A DNA stretch of 61,854 nucleotides, filler included. It is 6 parts of 6 records of this genome, joined end to end, with 100 filler letters (N's around TTAATTAATTAA, not from the genome) between each part and the next. Parts side by side here need not be neighbours in the genome. Positions count along the whole stretch, not along the records: positions 8,411 to 17,098 come from SRR2962707_4771; positions 17,199 to 27,835 come from SRR2962707_4772; 4 more parts are not named here. The stretch is one strand, 5' to 3'. Positions within the stretch are counted from its first letter, which is position 1. Each line of letters opens with the position of its first letter. Of this stretch, positions 8,948-19,015 are shown piece after piece. The notes under the pieces were generated by a model. It was not told the origin of the DNA. It did no database searches and saw only the letters and a program-made list of their open reading frames with translations. The position numbers and the translations under genes are program-made.

Positions 8948-10144
8948 TTATTTGATCGCGCCTGCGCTGCGGAGGCTTTCGATTTCTGCGTCGCTGAAGC
9001 CGGAGGCTTGCAGCGTTTCGACCGTGTGCTGGCCAAGCGCGGGCGAGGCCGATTTCGGCGTGTCGTCGAAGCCGGGAAAGCGGATCGGCGAGGCGGGCGA
9101 GAGGTAGGTGCCGTTGCCGTCTTCTTCGGGTACTTCGACGTAAGCGCCTGCCGCCTTTGCCTGCGGGTCTTCAAAGACGTCGCCGGGGCGCAGCAGCGGC
9201 GCCCAGATCATGTCTTCGGCATCGAGTTTGGCGCGCCAGTATTCCAGATCGTGTTCGAGGAAGACGGCGTCAAGGATGTCCACGAGTTCGGCGGCGTTGG
9301 CGCGGCGATTTTTTGGATTGTCGAAACGGGGGTCCGTCTCCAGCTCGGGGTTGCCGATGACGCGGCAGATGGCGGTCCAGTCGACCGTGCCCTGACGCGG
9401 CACGATGACAATCCAGGTGTCTTTGGTCTGGAAGAAGTTGTTGATCGGCTGCAGTGCTTCCTGACGCGATTTGGTGGAGCCGAGCTTGCCGTAGCGGAGC
9501 TGGACGGCGGTGTCGGAGCCCGCGGCATAGATGCCGGTGCGCAGCAGCGAGGCCTCGACGAGGCGGCCCTTGCCTGTTTTTCCGCGTTCGATGATGGCGG
9601 CGAGAATGCCGCCGACGGTCGCCATGCTGGTGGTGTGATCGCCGATGCCCGTGCGGAGCGTTACCGGTTCCTTGCCCTTCACGGTCTGGAGCCAGCCGAT
9701 GCCGGAGCGGGCGTAGAAGGCGGCGATGTCGAAGCCGGGTCGGTCGCGGTCCGGGCCTTCGAGGCCGTAGCCCGTGACGCTCGCATAGACGAGGCGGGGG
9801 TTGATCGCCTTCAGGCTCTCATAGTCGAGGCCCGCACGCTCGAGACCGCCGGGGCGGACATTGGTAATGAAGACGTCGGCGTCCTTTACGAGGCGCTTCA
9901 CGGCCTCGACGCCTTCAGGCTTCGAGGTGTCGATGGCGAGGCCTTTCTTGCCGCGATTGTCGAGTTCGAAGATCGGCGAGCCCTGAAGATGGTCGGCGCC
10001 GACATTCTTCATGGTGTGGCGCATAGGGCAGCCTGCGAGGGGCTCGATCTTGACGACCTCCGCGCCCCAGTCGGCAAGGATGCCGCCCGCGCCGGGCGCG
10101 GCGATGTAGGTGGCCATTTCAATGACCTTGATGCCCTCGAGCAT
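8948..10144 (-). CDS. Family III CoA transferase (CaiB/BaiF)
   Basis: LEGIKVIEM..IAAP, LADWGAEVVKIEP, NRGKK, ADVFITNVRPG and GYGLEGP motifs. Confidence 0.93.
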   Translation of the reverse strand: MLEGIKVIEMATYIAAPGAGGILADWGAEVVKIEPLAGCPMRHTMKNVGADHLQGSPIFELDNRGKKGLAIDTSKPEGVEAVKRLVKDADVFITNVRPGGLERAGLDYESLKAINPRLVYASVTGYGLEGPDRDRPGFDIAAFYARSGIGWLQTVKGKEPVTLRTGIGDHTTSMATVGGILAAIIERGKTGKGRLVEASLLRTGIYAAGSDTAVQLRYGKLGSTKSRQEALQPINNFFQTKDTWIVIVPRQGTVDWTAICRVIGNPELETDPRFDNPKNRRANAAELVDILDAVFLEHDLEYWRAKLDAEDMIWAPLLRPGDVFEDPQAKAAGAYVEVPEEDGNGTYLSPASPIRFPGFDDTPKSASPALGQHTVETLQASGFSDAEIESLRSAGAIK

Positions 10145-10238
10145 GGATTTCGGTCCCCGTTAGCTGATTTTCTGGTTGGGGCGGATCATCCATGAAAAGG
10201 CGGGGGAGTCAAAGACGGGCGGGGATGGAGTGTGCGGC

Positions 10239-10298
10239 TCCCCCTCACCCTTCCATGGCCTTCGGCCATTCCCCCCCTCTCCCCAAGGGGAGAGGGGA
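10239..10298. repeat. Alphaproteobacterial palindromic intergenic repeat
   Basis: CCCTCACCC..ATGGCC-TTC-GGCCAT..CCCCTCTCCCC-AA-GGGGAGAGGGG, two hairpins of the CCCTCACCC/CCCTCTCCC repeat type. Confidence 0.65.
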
Positions 10299-10468
10299 AG
10301 AATGACGCTGGACGGAATCGCGGTGGCGGAAAAACGGCTGAAATGCTGCCGGAATGCTCCCGCCTGCGTGCGTTAACGTAAACCGTTCATAAACGGTTCT
10401 GACCTAATCTGACCCCTGGTGCGCCTCTTCGGGACGCGCTCTGGGGCAAGACGGGGCCGGGGGCCGAT

Positions 10469-11605
10469 ATGAATTCGGAAAGACTGACGATTGCCGATGT
10501 GGAGCGTCTCCTGTCGGATCCGTCGGAAGACGCGAGAGCGGCGGTGGCGGCGAAGGTTGCCAGCCAGTTCGCCGAGGTGGAACTCGCGCCCCGCGAACGC
10601 GAACTCGCACATGAAATTCTCGGTTATCTGGTTCACGACGTCGCGACCTCGGTGCGCGAGTCGCTGGCGCGCTGCCTGACCGGCAACGACGCGGCGCCGC
10701 GCAACATCGTGCTGCAGCTTGCGCGCGACATCGACCAGGTGGCCATTCCGGTTCTCGAACGCTCGCCGGTGCTGACCGACGAAGACCTTGTGGGTCTCGT
10801 CTATTACGGCTCGCCCGCCAAACAATGCGCCATTGCCGCGCGCGCGGAAGTGGGCGCGCCGGTTTCGGAAGCCATCGCGCATCGCGGCGACCGCAGCGCG
10901 GTGCTGACGCTGGTGCGCAATGCCGGTGCTGTCATCAACGAGGCGGCGGCGACGATGCTCGTCAAACGCTATGCGGACGATGCCGATGTGGCGGCGCCGC
11001 TGGTGCAGCGGCGCGATTTGCCGGCGCTGCTGGTCGAGCGGCTGATCGCGATGGTGTCGGAGCAGATGCGGGAGTATCTCGTTGCGCATCACGAGATGGA
11101 CAGCCGCGTCGCGTCGACCCTCGAAGAGCAGGCGCGCGAGCGCACGACGACCGACGCGATCATGCGCATGGGCAACGACGATTTGCGCGCGCTGGTGGTT
11201 CAGCTTGCCGAGAACGGCCGCCTGACGGGGACGCTGATCCTGCGCGCGGCCTGCGCGGGCGAGGTGCGCTTCGTGGAGGCGGCGTTCGCGGAACTGACCG
11301 CGGTGCCGGACGAACGTCTGTGGCGGCTTATTCACGATGTCGGCGCGCTCGGCTTTCGCGCCGTTTATGCGCGGGCCGGAATGCCGGAGGCGCTTTATCC
11401 CGCCTTCCGCCGCGTGCTCGACACGTATCATGCGGTGCGGAGTTCGGACGGGTCGCTCGATATCGAGCTTTTCCGGTTTCATGTGCTGGAAGGCCTGCGC
11501 GAGACTTTCGAGCAGGTCGATGCGGACGATCTCGACACGATGATCGACAAGCTTGCGCGGCTTGCGACGCCTGCGCCGAGCGCAAGGGCTCAGAACGTCG
11601 CTTGA
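10469..11605 (+). CDS. DUF2336 domain protein
   Basis: LARDIDQVAIPVLERSPVLTDEDL and AIAAR motifs typical of this alphaproteobacterial family. Confidence 0.85.
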   Translation: MNSERLTIADVERLLSDPSEDARAAVAAKVASQFAEVELAPRERELAHEILGYLVHDVATSVRESLARCLTGNDAAPRNIVLQLARDIDQVAIPVLERSPVLTDEDLVGLVYYGSPAKQCAIAARAEVGAPVSEAIAHRGDRSAVLTLVRNAGAVINEAAATMLVKRYADDADVAAPLVQRRDLPALLVERLIAMVSEQMREYLVAHHEMDSRVASTLEEQARERTTTDAIMRMGNDDLRALVVQLAENGRLTGTLILRAACAGEVRFVEAAFAELTAVPDERLWRLIHDVGALGFRAVYARAGMPEALYPAFRRVLDTYHAVRSSDGSLDIELFRFHVLEGLRETFEQVDADDLDTMIDKLARLATPAPSARAQNVA

Positions 11606-11701
11606 TTTTCCTTCAAGTGCCGAGCAGTCGGCCTTCCCGTTCCCCTGCGTGAAGAAATGATCTAGGTTTCGCCCTCTTCAGGACGCGAGAGGACGACGCC
11701 C

Positions 11702-12916
11702 ATGAACCATCATTATCAGGATGCCTTTATCTGCGACGCCGTGCGGACGCCTATCGGCCGCTATGGCGGGGCGCTGGCGAGCGTGCGCGCGGATGATCTC
11801 GGCGCGGTGCCGCTGATGGCGCTGATGGAGCGCAATCCGAATGTGAACTGGGAACGGGTGGACGATGTGATCTTCGGCTGCGCGAACCAGGCGGGCGAGG
11901 ACAACCGCAACGTCGCGCGCATGTCGTCGCTGCTGGCGGGTCTTCCCGAAGGCGTGCCGGGCTCGACGATGAACCGGCTTTGCGGTTCGGGCATGGACGC
12001 GGTCGGCACGGCGGCGCGGGCGATCAAGGCGGGCGAGGCTTCGCTCATGATCGCGGGCGGCGTCGAGAGCATGTCGCGCGCGCCCTTCGTGATGGGGAAA
12101 GCGACGGCGGCGTTCTCGCGGGATGCGGAGATTTACGACACGACGATCGGCTGGCGTTTCGTGAACCCGCTGATGAAGCGGCAATACGGCGTCGACTCGA
12201 TGCCGGAGACGGCGGAGAACGTGGCCGAGGATTTCCAGATTTCGCGGGCCGACCAGGATGCCTTCGCGTGGCGGAGCCAGCAGAAGGCGGGCGCGGCGAT
12301 GGAAGCGGGGCGGCTTACGGCGGAGATCGTTCCCGTCACCATTGCGAACCGCAAGGGCGAGACGGTGGTGCAGCAGGATGAGCATCCGCGGCCTGAGACA
12401 ACAATGGAAGCGCTGGCGAAATTGAAGGCGCCGTTCCGCGAAGGCGGCAGCGTGACCGCGGGCAATGCGTCGGGTGTGAACGACGGGGCCTGCGCACTCG
12501 TGATCGCGTCGGCGGATGCCGCGGAGGCGAACGGGCTTCGCCCCCGCGCGCGGATCATCGCGATGGCGACGGCGGGCGTGCCGCCACGGATCATGGGGAT
12601 CGGGCCTGCGCCCGCGACGCGCAAGGTGCTCGAGAAGACGGGGCTCAATATCGGCGATATCGACGTGATCGAGTTGAACGAGGCGTTTGCGAGCCAGGGG
12701 CTTGCGGTGATGCGCGACCTCGGGCTCGCCGACGATGCGGAGCATGTGAACCCGAATGGCGGCGCGATTGCGCTTGGCCATCCGCTCGGCATGAGCGGGG
12801 CGCGGCTTGTGACCACGGCGATGTACGAACTGGAGCGGCGGCAGGGTCGCTATGCGCTCTGCACGATGTGCATCGGCGTGGGGCAGGGCATCGCCATGGT
12901 GATCGAGCGGGTTTGA
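11702..12916 (+). CDS. pcaF: 3-oxoadipyl-CoA thiolase
   Basis: [33 protein letters not shown] and CIGVGQG motifs. Confidence 0.9.
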   Translation: MNHHYQDAFICDAVRTPIGRYGGALASVRADDLGAVPLMALMERNPNVNWERVDDVIFGCANQAGEDNRNVARMSSLLAGLPEGVPGSTMNRLCGSGMDAVGTAARAIKAGEASLMIAGGVESMSRAPFVMGKATAAFSRDAEIYDTTIGWRFVNPLMKRQYGVDSMPETAENVAEDFQISRADQDAFAWRSQQKAGAAMEAGRLTAEIVPVTIANRKGETVVQQDEHPRPETTMEALAKLKAPFREGGSVTAGNASGVNDGACALVIASADAAEANGLRPRARIIAMATAGVPPRIMGIGPAPATRKVLEKTGLNIGDIDVIELNEAFASQGLAVMRDLGLADDAEHVNPNGGAIALGHPLGMSGARLVTTAMYELERRQGRYALCTMCIGVGQGIAMVIERV

Positions 12917-12944
12917 GGCTTGCGGACGCTTCAATAAAAAGAAC

Positions 12945-12975
12945 GTCACCCCTGGGGCTTGACCCGGCAATGACA
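12945..12975. repeat. Internally collapsed copy of the palindromic element at 16964
   Basis: GTCACCCCTGGGGCTTGACCCGGCAATGACA equals the left end fused to the right end of the 16964-17098 element. Confidence 0.65.
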
Positions 12976-12990
12976 TGCATTTTTTTTGAT

Positions 12991-14175
12991 TCAGAATCTC
13001 AAGGCGATCTGAAGAAGGCTGGGCCTTGTGACGAGGCTCGCGGGGGCGTGCTTCGGCTTGCGCCGGCGGGAGTCGGATGGGGCTTTCTCCGCCGGTTTCT
13101 TCTTTTCCGGCTTTGCCTTTTCCATGTGCCGCAAGATGCGGGGGCGGCGGATGAGGGCGACGAGGTGACGGTCCGGGAAGAGGCAGACGCGGTCGAGGCG
13201 CCAGGCGACGCCGCGGACTTCTTCTGCGGGGATCATGGGGTTCACGTCTTCCCATGAATATTCCGCGATGGGTGCGGCCTCAACCGATATTTCATCCGTG
13301 TACGTTTCTTCCGGTTCCGTGCCGTCCTCGGGTAGCGGGTCGGTGAGCAGAAGAACTTCTTCTTCCTTCGGCGGTTGCAGGGCGGCGATGACTTGCGGCG
13401 GGGCGGACCAGCCGCGAAGTTCGGCGGGGTCAGAGGGGCGGCAGATGAGCGCGCCCTGTGCGGCGGTGAAGCCGAGGGCGGGGAGCGCGGCGAGCGTCGT
13501 TGCGTCCTCGACGCCGACGGCCGTTGCGCCGAGGCCGCGCGAGGCGGCGAGCGCGACACGCTTGCCGACGAAACCGAGGCCGGATTGCTTGAGGCGGCGC
13601 GCGAACTGGATGATCGATGCACCGCCGATTTTCACTTCGTCGAAATAGTCGGGCGTCAGCACATCGTCCGGCACGATGACGGCGCCGCCGCCGTCGAGCG
13701 CGGTGCGGAAGCCGAGGCGGCGCAGCGCCATCAGCGTGCGCTGCGCTTCCTCGCCGTGACGGGCGAATGCGCCTTCGGGGACTTCGAGAATGAGGGAGGC
13801 AGGGTCGAGGCCGCGCTCGGACATGATGCCGTCGAGCGCGCCGGGGAGGCCCATGTCGGCGAGATCGGCTGCGCCGAGATTGATCGAAAGCGGCCAGGGC
13901 TGCCCGGCTTCCTGCCAGCGGACCAAAGTTTCCGCAGCGGCACGTGCGACAAAGCGCGTGAGCTCGCCGGAGCGTTCGCGGCGCTCGAAGAACGAGAGGA
14001 AGAGGCCGGGCGGCAACAAGCCGTAGTCGGGGTGGTCCCAGCGGATATAGGCTTCCGCGCCGAGCGGCTCGCCGGTTGCGAGACAAAGCTTCGGCTGGCA
14101 GACAAGAAAGAGACGATTCGCCTCGAAGGCAAGATCGATGTCGCGATTGGTCAAGCGAAAGGAACTGCTGTACAT
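12991..14175 (-). CDS. EAL-domain protein, probably catalytically degenerate
   Basis: QPK..GAEAYIRWDHP..GLLPPG.F, LSINL and LEVPE are present; DDFGTG is replaced by LDGGGA; acidic then basic C-terminal tail. Confidence 0.85.
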   Translation of the reverse strand: MYSSSFRLTNRDIDLAFEANRLFLVCQPKLCLATGEPLGAEAYIRWDHPDYGLLPPGLFLSFFERRERSGELTRFVARAAAETLVRWQEAGQPWPLSINLGAADLADMGLPGALDGIMSERGLDPASLILEVPEGAFARHGEEAQRTLMALRRLGFRTALDGGGAVIVPDDVLTPDYFDEVKIGGASIIQFARRLKQSGLGFVGKRVALAASRGLGATAVGVEDATTLAALPALGFTAAQGALICRPSDPAELRGWSAPPQVIAALQPPKEEEVLLLTDPLPEDGTEPEETYTDEISVEAAPIAEYSWEDVNPMIPAEEVRGVAWRLDRVCLFPDRHLVALIRRPRILRHMEKAKPEKKKPAEKAPSDSRRRKPKHAPASLVTRPSLLQIALRF

Positions 14176-14318
14176 GTTTTTCCCGGGCGGTTGAGCGCCG
14201 ATGGGAAGAGCCTGAGGCGAGTCCCTTTCCGAGTTCTTAACTGTGGCAAGCGAGCGGCGGACAACGTCGCCATTGCATGAACGAGATGCATCAAATTCGA
14301 TGCAATGGGAGGTGAGAG

Positions 14319-15140
14319 ATGGCGAATGCGGGCGGCGACGCGCTGATTCCGGCGGCGACGATTCTTTTGTTGCGAGATGGCACAGAGGGACTCGAAGTAT
14401 TCATGGTGGTGCGTCATCACCAGATCGACTTCGCGAGCGGCGCGCTGGTGTTTCCGGGCGGCAAGGTTGACAAGCTCGATATGGCGCCGGGCGTGCGGGA
14501 GCGCGCCGATGGCATGGAGGGGCTCGACGACTGGGAATTTTCGATGCGCGTGGCGGCGATCCGCGAAGCGTTCGAGGAATCGGGCGTGCTGCTGGCGCGC
14601 AACGAGCAGACGGGCAGCGTCGTCGATGCGGGTCGCCTGAAGGCGCTGGAGCCTTATCGCGACCCCTTGAACAAGGGTGAAGTGGGCATTGCCGACTTTC
14701 TCTCGAAGGAAGGATTACGGCTCGCGGGCGACATGCTGACGCCATTCGCGCACTGGATCACGCCGAACGTGATGCCGAAGCGCTTCGATACGCGGTTCTA
14801 TCTCGCCTGTGCGCCGGACGATCACCTTGCGGTGCATGATGGATCGGAGTCGGTCGACAGCGTGTGGATCCGGCCGGCGCTTGCGCTGGAGGAAGCGGAT
14901 GCGGGCACGCGTACCATTATCTTCCCGACACGGATGAATGTGGAGAAGGTGGGGCGGAGCCCGAATGTTTCCCATGCGATCGAAACGGCGAGGGCAACGG
15001 ACGTCGTGACCGTGGAGCCGGTGGTGACGAAGAACGAAAAGGGCGAACCGGTGCTGCGCATTCCGGCGGAAGCGGGCTATGAGGTGACGGAGGAACCGCT
15101 TTCCGCTGCCGCCCGTGTTGCGAAGCCGAAGGCGGGCTGA
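14319..15140 (+). CDS. NUDIX hydrolase (NUDT19-like CoA diphosphatase subfamily)
   Basis: PAATILLLRD, VFPGGKVD, AAIREAFEESG and WITP..PKRFDTRFY motifs. Confidence 0.9.
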   Translation: MANAGGDALIPAATILLLRDGTEGLEVFMVVRHHQIDFASGALVFPGGKVDKLDMAPGVRERADGMEGLDDWEFSMRVAAIREAFEESGVLLARNEQTGSVVDAGRLKALEPYRDPLNKGEVGIADFLSKEGLRLAGDMLTPFAHWITPNVMPKRFDTRFYLACAPDDHLAVHDGSESVDSVWIRPALALEEADAGTRTIIFPTRMNVEKVGRSPNVSHAIETARATDVVTVEPVVTKNEKGEPVLRIPAEAGYEVTEEPLSAAARVAKPKAG

Positions 15141-15142
15141 GT

Positions 15143-15766
15143 GTGGGGGGCTGGAGCAACGCGCTGTTCGACGGGCTGCTGGCGCTAACGGCGCTTTGGG
15201 GCGCGATGCGGCTTTACCGGCTGCGGACGATGCCCGGCATGGCGTTCGGCGCGGCGGCGCTCTTCAGCGTTTTCCTTGCGGCGGTGTTCGGGACGCTGCG
15301 TTATGGCGGCGTCGAAGCCGTGACCGGGATCAATGACGGATTGTCGACGATTTCCGCCATCGTGGCGCCGAGCTGGACGATTGCGGCGGTGCTGCTGGCG
15401 TTTCGCGGATCGGCGGACGTCGCGCGGAGCGTCGTGCTCTGGGTGGTGCCCGCGATCATCGCGCTCCTGTCCTTCCTTCCGCAAACGGCAATGCTCGGCG
15501 AGGCTTATGCGCAGATCGTGGGGCTCGCCATGATTGGCGTTCTGGTCGGCGGCGGCGTGATAGCCGCGATGCGCGGCCGGACATGGGGCGGCGGCGCACT
15601 CGCGATATCGGCCGCCGGCTATGCTCTGTCGGCGCTTGCGATGCTCGGCGTTTTCGGCGCATCGGAAACAGCGGCGCTCGACATCTTCCATATCGGTATT
15701 GCGATCTGGGCCGGTAGCTTCGCCTGGGGACTGCCGGAGACGCGGCGGAGCGAGTTCGCTCAGTAG
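15143..15766 (+). CDS. Hypothetical integral membrane protein (about 7 TM)
   Basis: GTG start 2 nt after the NUDIX stop; hydrophobic throughout. Confidence 0.75.
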   Translation: MGGWSNALFDGLLALTALWGAMRLYRLRTMPGMAFGAAALFSVFLAAVFGTLRYGGVEAVTGINDGLSTISAIVAPSWTIAAVLLAFRGSADVARSVVLWVVPAIIALLSFLPQTAMLGEAYAQIVGLAMIGVLVGGGVIAAMRGRTWGGGALAISAAGYALSALAMLGVFGASETAALDIFHIGIAIWAGSFAWGLPETRRSEFAQ

Positions 15767-16527
15767 AGGAACTGCTCGGTGATGATGCGCTCTTCGAGGC
15801 CGTGATCGGGGTCGAAGAGCATGAGCATGTCGATAGATCCGTCTTCCTCCACTTCCACATCGCGAACCTGCCGGAACTCGGAATGGTCGGCCACGGCGCT
15901 GACGGGGCGCTTTTCGGCTTCCAGAATTTCGAAGCGAAGTTTTGCCCGATGCGAGAGCAGCGCCCCACGCCAGCGGCGGGGACGGAAGGCGCTGATCGGC
16001 GTGAGCGCGAGGAGCGCGGCGTCGATGGGCACGATGGGGCCTTGCGCCGAGAGGTTATAGGCGGTGGAGCCCGCGGGCGTTGCGACGAGGACGCCGTCGC
16101 AGACGAGTTCTTCCATGCGCGTCTTGCCATCTATGGAAATGCGGATCTTCGCGGCCTGATAGGTTTCGCGGAAAAGCGCGACTTCGTTGATCGCGAGCGC
16201 TTCGTGGCGGCTGCCATCCGCGAGGGAGGCGCGCATGCGCAAGGGATGGATGGTCGCGCATTCGGCGGCGGCGAGACGCTCCGTCAGATGGTCGTCGCGA
16301 TACTCGTTCATGAGGAAGCCGACGGAACCCCGGTTCATGCCGTAGATCGGGATGCGGCGCTGCATATACCGATGTAGCGTCTGGAGCATGAGGCCGTCGC
16401 CGCCAAGGGCGACGATGACATCCGCCTCTTCGGGAGAGGTGTCGCCATAGCGCTTGCTCAGTGCCTTGCGGGCGGCCTGTGCTTCGGGCATGTCGGTCGC
16501 CACGAAGGCAATCTTCTCGAATTTCAT
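15760..16527 (-). CDS. nadK: NAD kinase
   Basis: GGDG, NE and [18 protein letters not shown] motifs; start placed at ATG 16527 (MKFEKIAF). Confidence 0.93.
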   Translation of the reverse strand: MKFEKIAFVATDMPEAQAARKALSKRYGDTSPEEADVIVALGGDGLMLQTLHRYMQRRIPIYGMNRGSVGFLMNEYRDDHLTERLAAAECATIHPLRMRASLADGSRHEALAINEVALFRETYQAAKIRISIDGKTRMEELVCDGVLVATPAGSTAYNLSAQGPIVPIDAALLALTPISAFRPRRWRGALLSHRAKLRFEILEAEKRPVSAVADHSEFRQVRDVEVEEDGSIDMLMLFDPDHGLEERIITEQFLY

Positions 16528-16589
16528 CGTCTCGTCCCGGGGCGATTCCTCGAAGGCCGGCAAATGCGGCGAGACAAGGAGGTAAGCAT

Positions 16590-16937
16590 ATGGGCGGAGA
16601 TACGCAAGCCAAGGATGAGACGGAATTCGTCTTCATCTATTCGACCTTCGGCTCGGTGGCGGATGCGGAGCGGGCCGCGGAGGCGCTGGTGAGGGAGAGA
16701 TTGGCCGCTTGCGTCAACATTCACGGGGGGATGCGCTCCGTTTACGAATGGAAAGGAGCGGTGGAGAAGGAGGATGAGGTGGCGGCCTTCATCAAGACGC
16801 GGGCGGTGCTGAAGGAGCGTGTGATGGCGCGGCTGCGCGAGCTGCATCCCTATGAAGTGCCGGCGATGCTGGTGCTGCCGATTTCCGGCGGGAATGAGGA
16901 TTATCTGGAGTGGGCGAGCGGGCAGACGGCGGTGTGA
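16590..16937 (+). CDS. cutA: Divalent-cation tolerance protein CutA
   Basis: [24 protein letters not shown] and YLEW motifs; AGGAGG RBS before ATG 16590. Confidence 0.93.
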   Translation: MGGDTQAKDETEFVFIYSTFGSVADAERAAEALVRERLAACVNIHGGMRSVYEWKGAVEKEDEVAAFIKTRAVLKERVMARLRELHPYEVPAMLVLPISGGNEDYLEWASGQTAV

Positions 16938-16963
16938 GCGTTCTGTCTTGTATCTCTCAACAT

Positions 16964-17098
16964 GTCACCCCCGGGGCTTGACCCGGGGGTCCAGGGCGAC
17001 ACCCGCAAGCATCCGCCTCGCGGATTCCTTGTTCAGGAATTTTGCGAAGGTTGACGCTGCCTGCGGCAGCTTCTGGATTGCCGGGTCAAGCCCGGCAA
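16964..17098. repeat. Long palindromic REP/MITE-like element (right end cut by contig end)
   Basis: GTCACCCCCGGGGCTTGACCCGGGGGTCCAG...CTGGATTGCCGGGTCAAGCCCGGCAA, with inverted arms and a partly self-complementary interior. Confidence 0.75.
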
Positions 17099-17198
17099 NN
17101 NNNNNNNNNNNNNNNNNNNNNNNNNNNNNNNNNNNNNNNNNNTTAATTAATTAANNNNNNNNNNNNNNNNNNNNNNNNNNNNNNNNNNNNNNNNNNNN
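17099..17198. other. Artificial contig spacer
   Basis: N44-TTAATTAATTAA-N44. Confidence 0.99.
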
Positions 17199-17199
17199 C

Positions 17200-18297
17200 C
17201 CACATTTCATTTCCAATGTGGATGCTGCTCAGCTGGTAGAGGTTCTGGAGAACCTCAATCCTGAAACAACCTTATTCATTATTGCCTCAAAGACCTTTAC
17301 TACGCAGGAAACTATCACTAATGCTACATCAGCTAAAGAATGGTTTTTATCAAAGGGAGGAAGCCAGGAACATATCAGTCAGCATTTTGTAGCCGTAAGT
17401 ACCAATGAAGAAGCGGTTAATCAATTCGGGATTTCAAGTGAAAACATGTTTGAATTTTGGGACTGGGTTGGTGGTAGATACTCTTTGTGGTCAGTGATCG
17501 GTCTTTCAATTGCGTGTACGATAGGATACGACCATTTTGAATCCTTACTGAAAGGTGCCCATGAAATGGATCAGCATTTTAAAAACACTGATCTTGATAG
17601 CAATCTTCCCGTGATTTCTGCTCTAATCGGCATTTGGTATAATAACTTCCGAAACTACGACTCCATGGCTATCCTGCCTTATGATCATCGCTTAAGATAT
17701 CTCCCTTCCTACCTTCAACAGGTGGACATGGAAAGCAATGGAAAGTATATCGACCGTTCCGGAAAAAAGATCAACTACCAATCTGGTCCCATCATCTGGG
17801 GAGAGCCCGGAACCAACGGTCAACATGCCTTTTACCAGTTGATTCATCAAGGAACCAAAGTCATACCGTGCGAATTTATTGGTATTGCCAAGCCAGCTCA
17901 TAAACATACTGATCATCATGAAAAGCTTCTGGCTAACTTCTTTGCCCAATCTGAAGCCTTACTAACCGGTAAATCAAAGGAACAGGTCATTGAAGAAGTA
18001 GATAGCGTAGACGATATTTTGATTAACTCTAAAATTTTTGAGGGCAATAGGCCTTCTACCAGCATTTTAATCAAAGAGCTTTCTCCGAAGAACCTCGGTT
18101 CGCTAATCGCCTACTATGAGCACCGTGTTTTTGTGCAAGGAGTAATATGGAATATTTTTAGTTTTGATCAATGGGGTGTGGAACTTGGAAAGCAGCTTTC
18201 TAAACCCATTTTGAATGAAATCAAAAAAGGTGAAACGGATCAGCATGACTCCTCGACAACCTCGCTCATGAAGCATTACTTTGTCATGCGTAAATGA
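17200..18297 (+). CDS. pgi: Glucose-6-phosphate isomerase (5' truncated)
   Basis: [46 protein letters not shown] and DQWGVELGK motifs. Confidence 0.97.
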   Translation, partial: PHFISNVDAAQLVEVLENLNPETTLFIIASKTFTTQETITNATSAKEWFLSKGGSQEHISQHFVAVSTNEEAVNQFGISSENMFEFWDWVGGRYSLWSVIGLSIACTIGYDHFESLLKGAHEMDQHFKNTDLDSNLPVISALIGIWYNNFRNYDSMAILPYDHRLRYLPSYLQQVDMESNGKYIDRSGKKINYQSGPIIWGEPGTNGQHAFYQLIHQGTKVIPCEFIGIAKPAHKHTDHHEKLLANFFAQSEALLTGKSKEQVIEEVDSVDDILINSKIFEGNRPSTSILIKELSPKNLGSLIAYYEHRVFVQGVIWNIFSFDQWGVELGKQLSKPILNEIKKGETDQHDSSTTSLMKHYFVMRK

Positions 18298-19010
18298 CCG
18301 GCAATTATTCCCGTAGCTATGCCTACATTCAATGATTCTGCATTGCCATATCGGGGAATGGTGATTCGTTCTTTCATGTTTCTTTTAGTTATCTCACTCA
18401 CCCCATGAGATTCACTTCCCATAACCAGCACTGACGGGCTTTTGCTATTCAAATGGCTGAGGTGCGTACCGTCCATATCAGCAGCATAAACCGGAAGTTG
18501 ATTTTTTTGATAGAATTCTTCGAGATCACATGAAACAACTTTTACCCGTGTAAAGGAACCCATCGTGCTGTTAATTACTTTGGGGTGATAAAACTCAGCA
18601 CAATCTAATGAACAAACCAGCTGATCAAATCCAAACCAATCCAGTGTTCGAATGATCGTCCCCATGTTTCCCGGATCCCCCACTCCATCGAGAACAAATA
18701 AATGATCATCAAATGATAGAGTCTTGAGGTTAAAATCCTGCATTCTTGCCACCGCCAACACATCTTCATTGGTCTTAAAAGTACCTAGCTGACCCAGTAG
18801 GTCAGGCATCACAATTTCATTTCGATGGTTTCCACTTTTTAAATTTCGGGAGAAAAATTGCTCTGTCCCTATCACCATTTCGATCTCAAAATCAGAATTG
18901 AGTAACTCCTGCACATTTTTTGTACCTTCAATCAAAAAGCATTTCTCACGCATGCGGTACTTCTTAACTTTGAGCGATTTTATAAATTTCTGTTCCTTCC
19001 TAGAGAGCAT
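18276..19010 (-). CDS. TrmH/SpoU-family RNA methyltransferase
   Basis: [17 protein letters not shown] and [13 protein letters not shown] motifs. Confidence 0.93.
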   Translation of the reverse strand: MLSRKEQKFIKSLKVKKYRMREKCFLIEGTKNVQELLNSDFEIEMVIGTEQFFSRNLKSGNHRNEIVMPDLLGQLGTFKTNEDVLAVARMQDFNLKTLSFDDHLFVLDGVGDPGNMGTIIRTLDWFGFDQLVCSLDCAEFYHPKVINSTMGSFTRVKVVSCDLEEFYQKNQLPVYAADMDGTHLSHLNSKSPSVLVMGSESHGVSEITKRNMKERITIPRYGNAESLNVGIATGIIAGHLRMTK

Positions 19011-19015
19011 TTGAT

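Noticed and set aside
8903-10195. 430-aa plus-strand ORF, and similar long ORFs at 11678-13255, 28629-30074, 30987-32312, 32909-34918 and 47156-48724
   Set aside because: Antisense shadows of well-supported genes in high-GC DNA, with no recognisable motifs.
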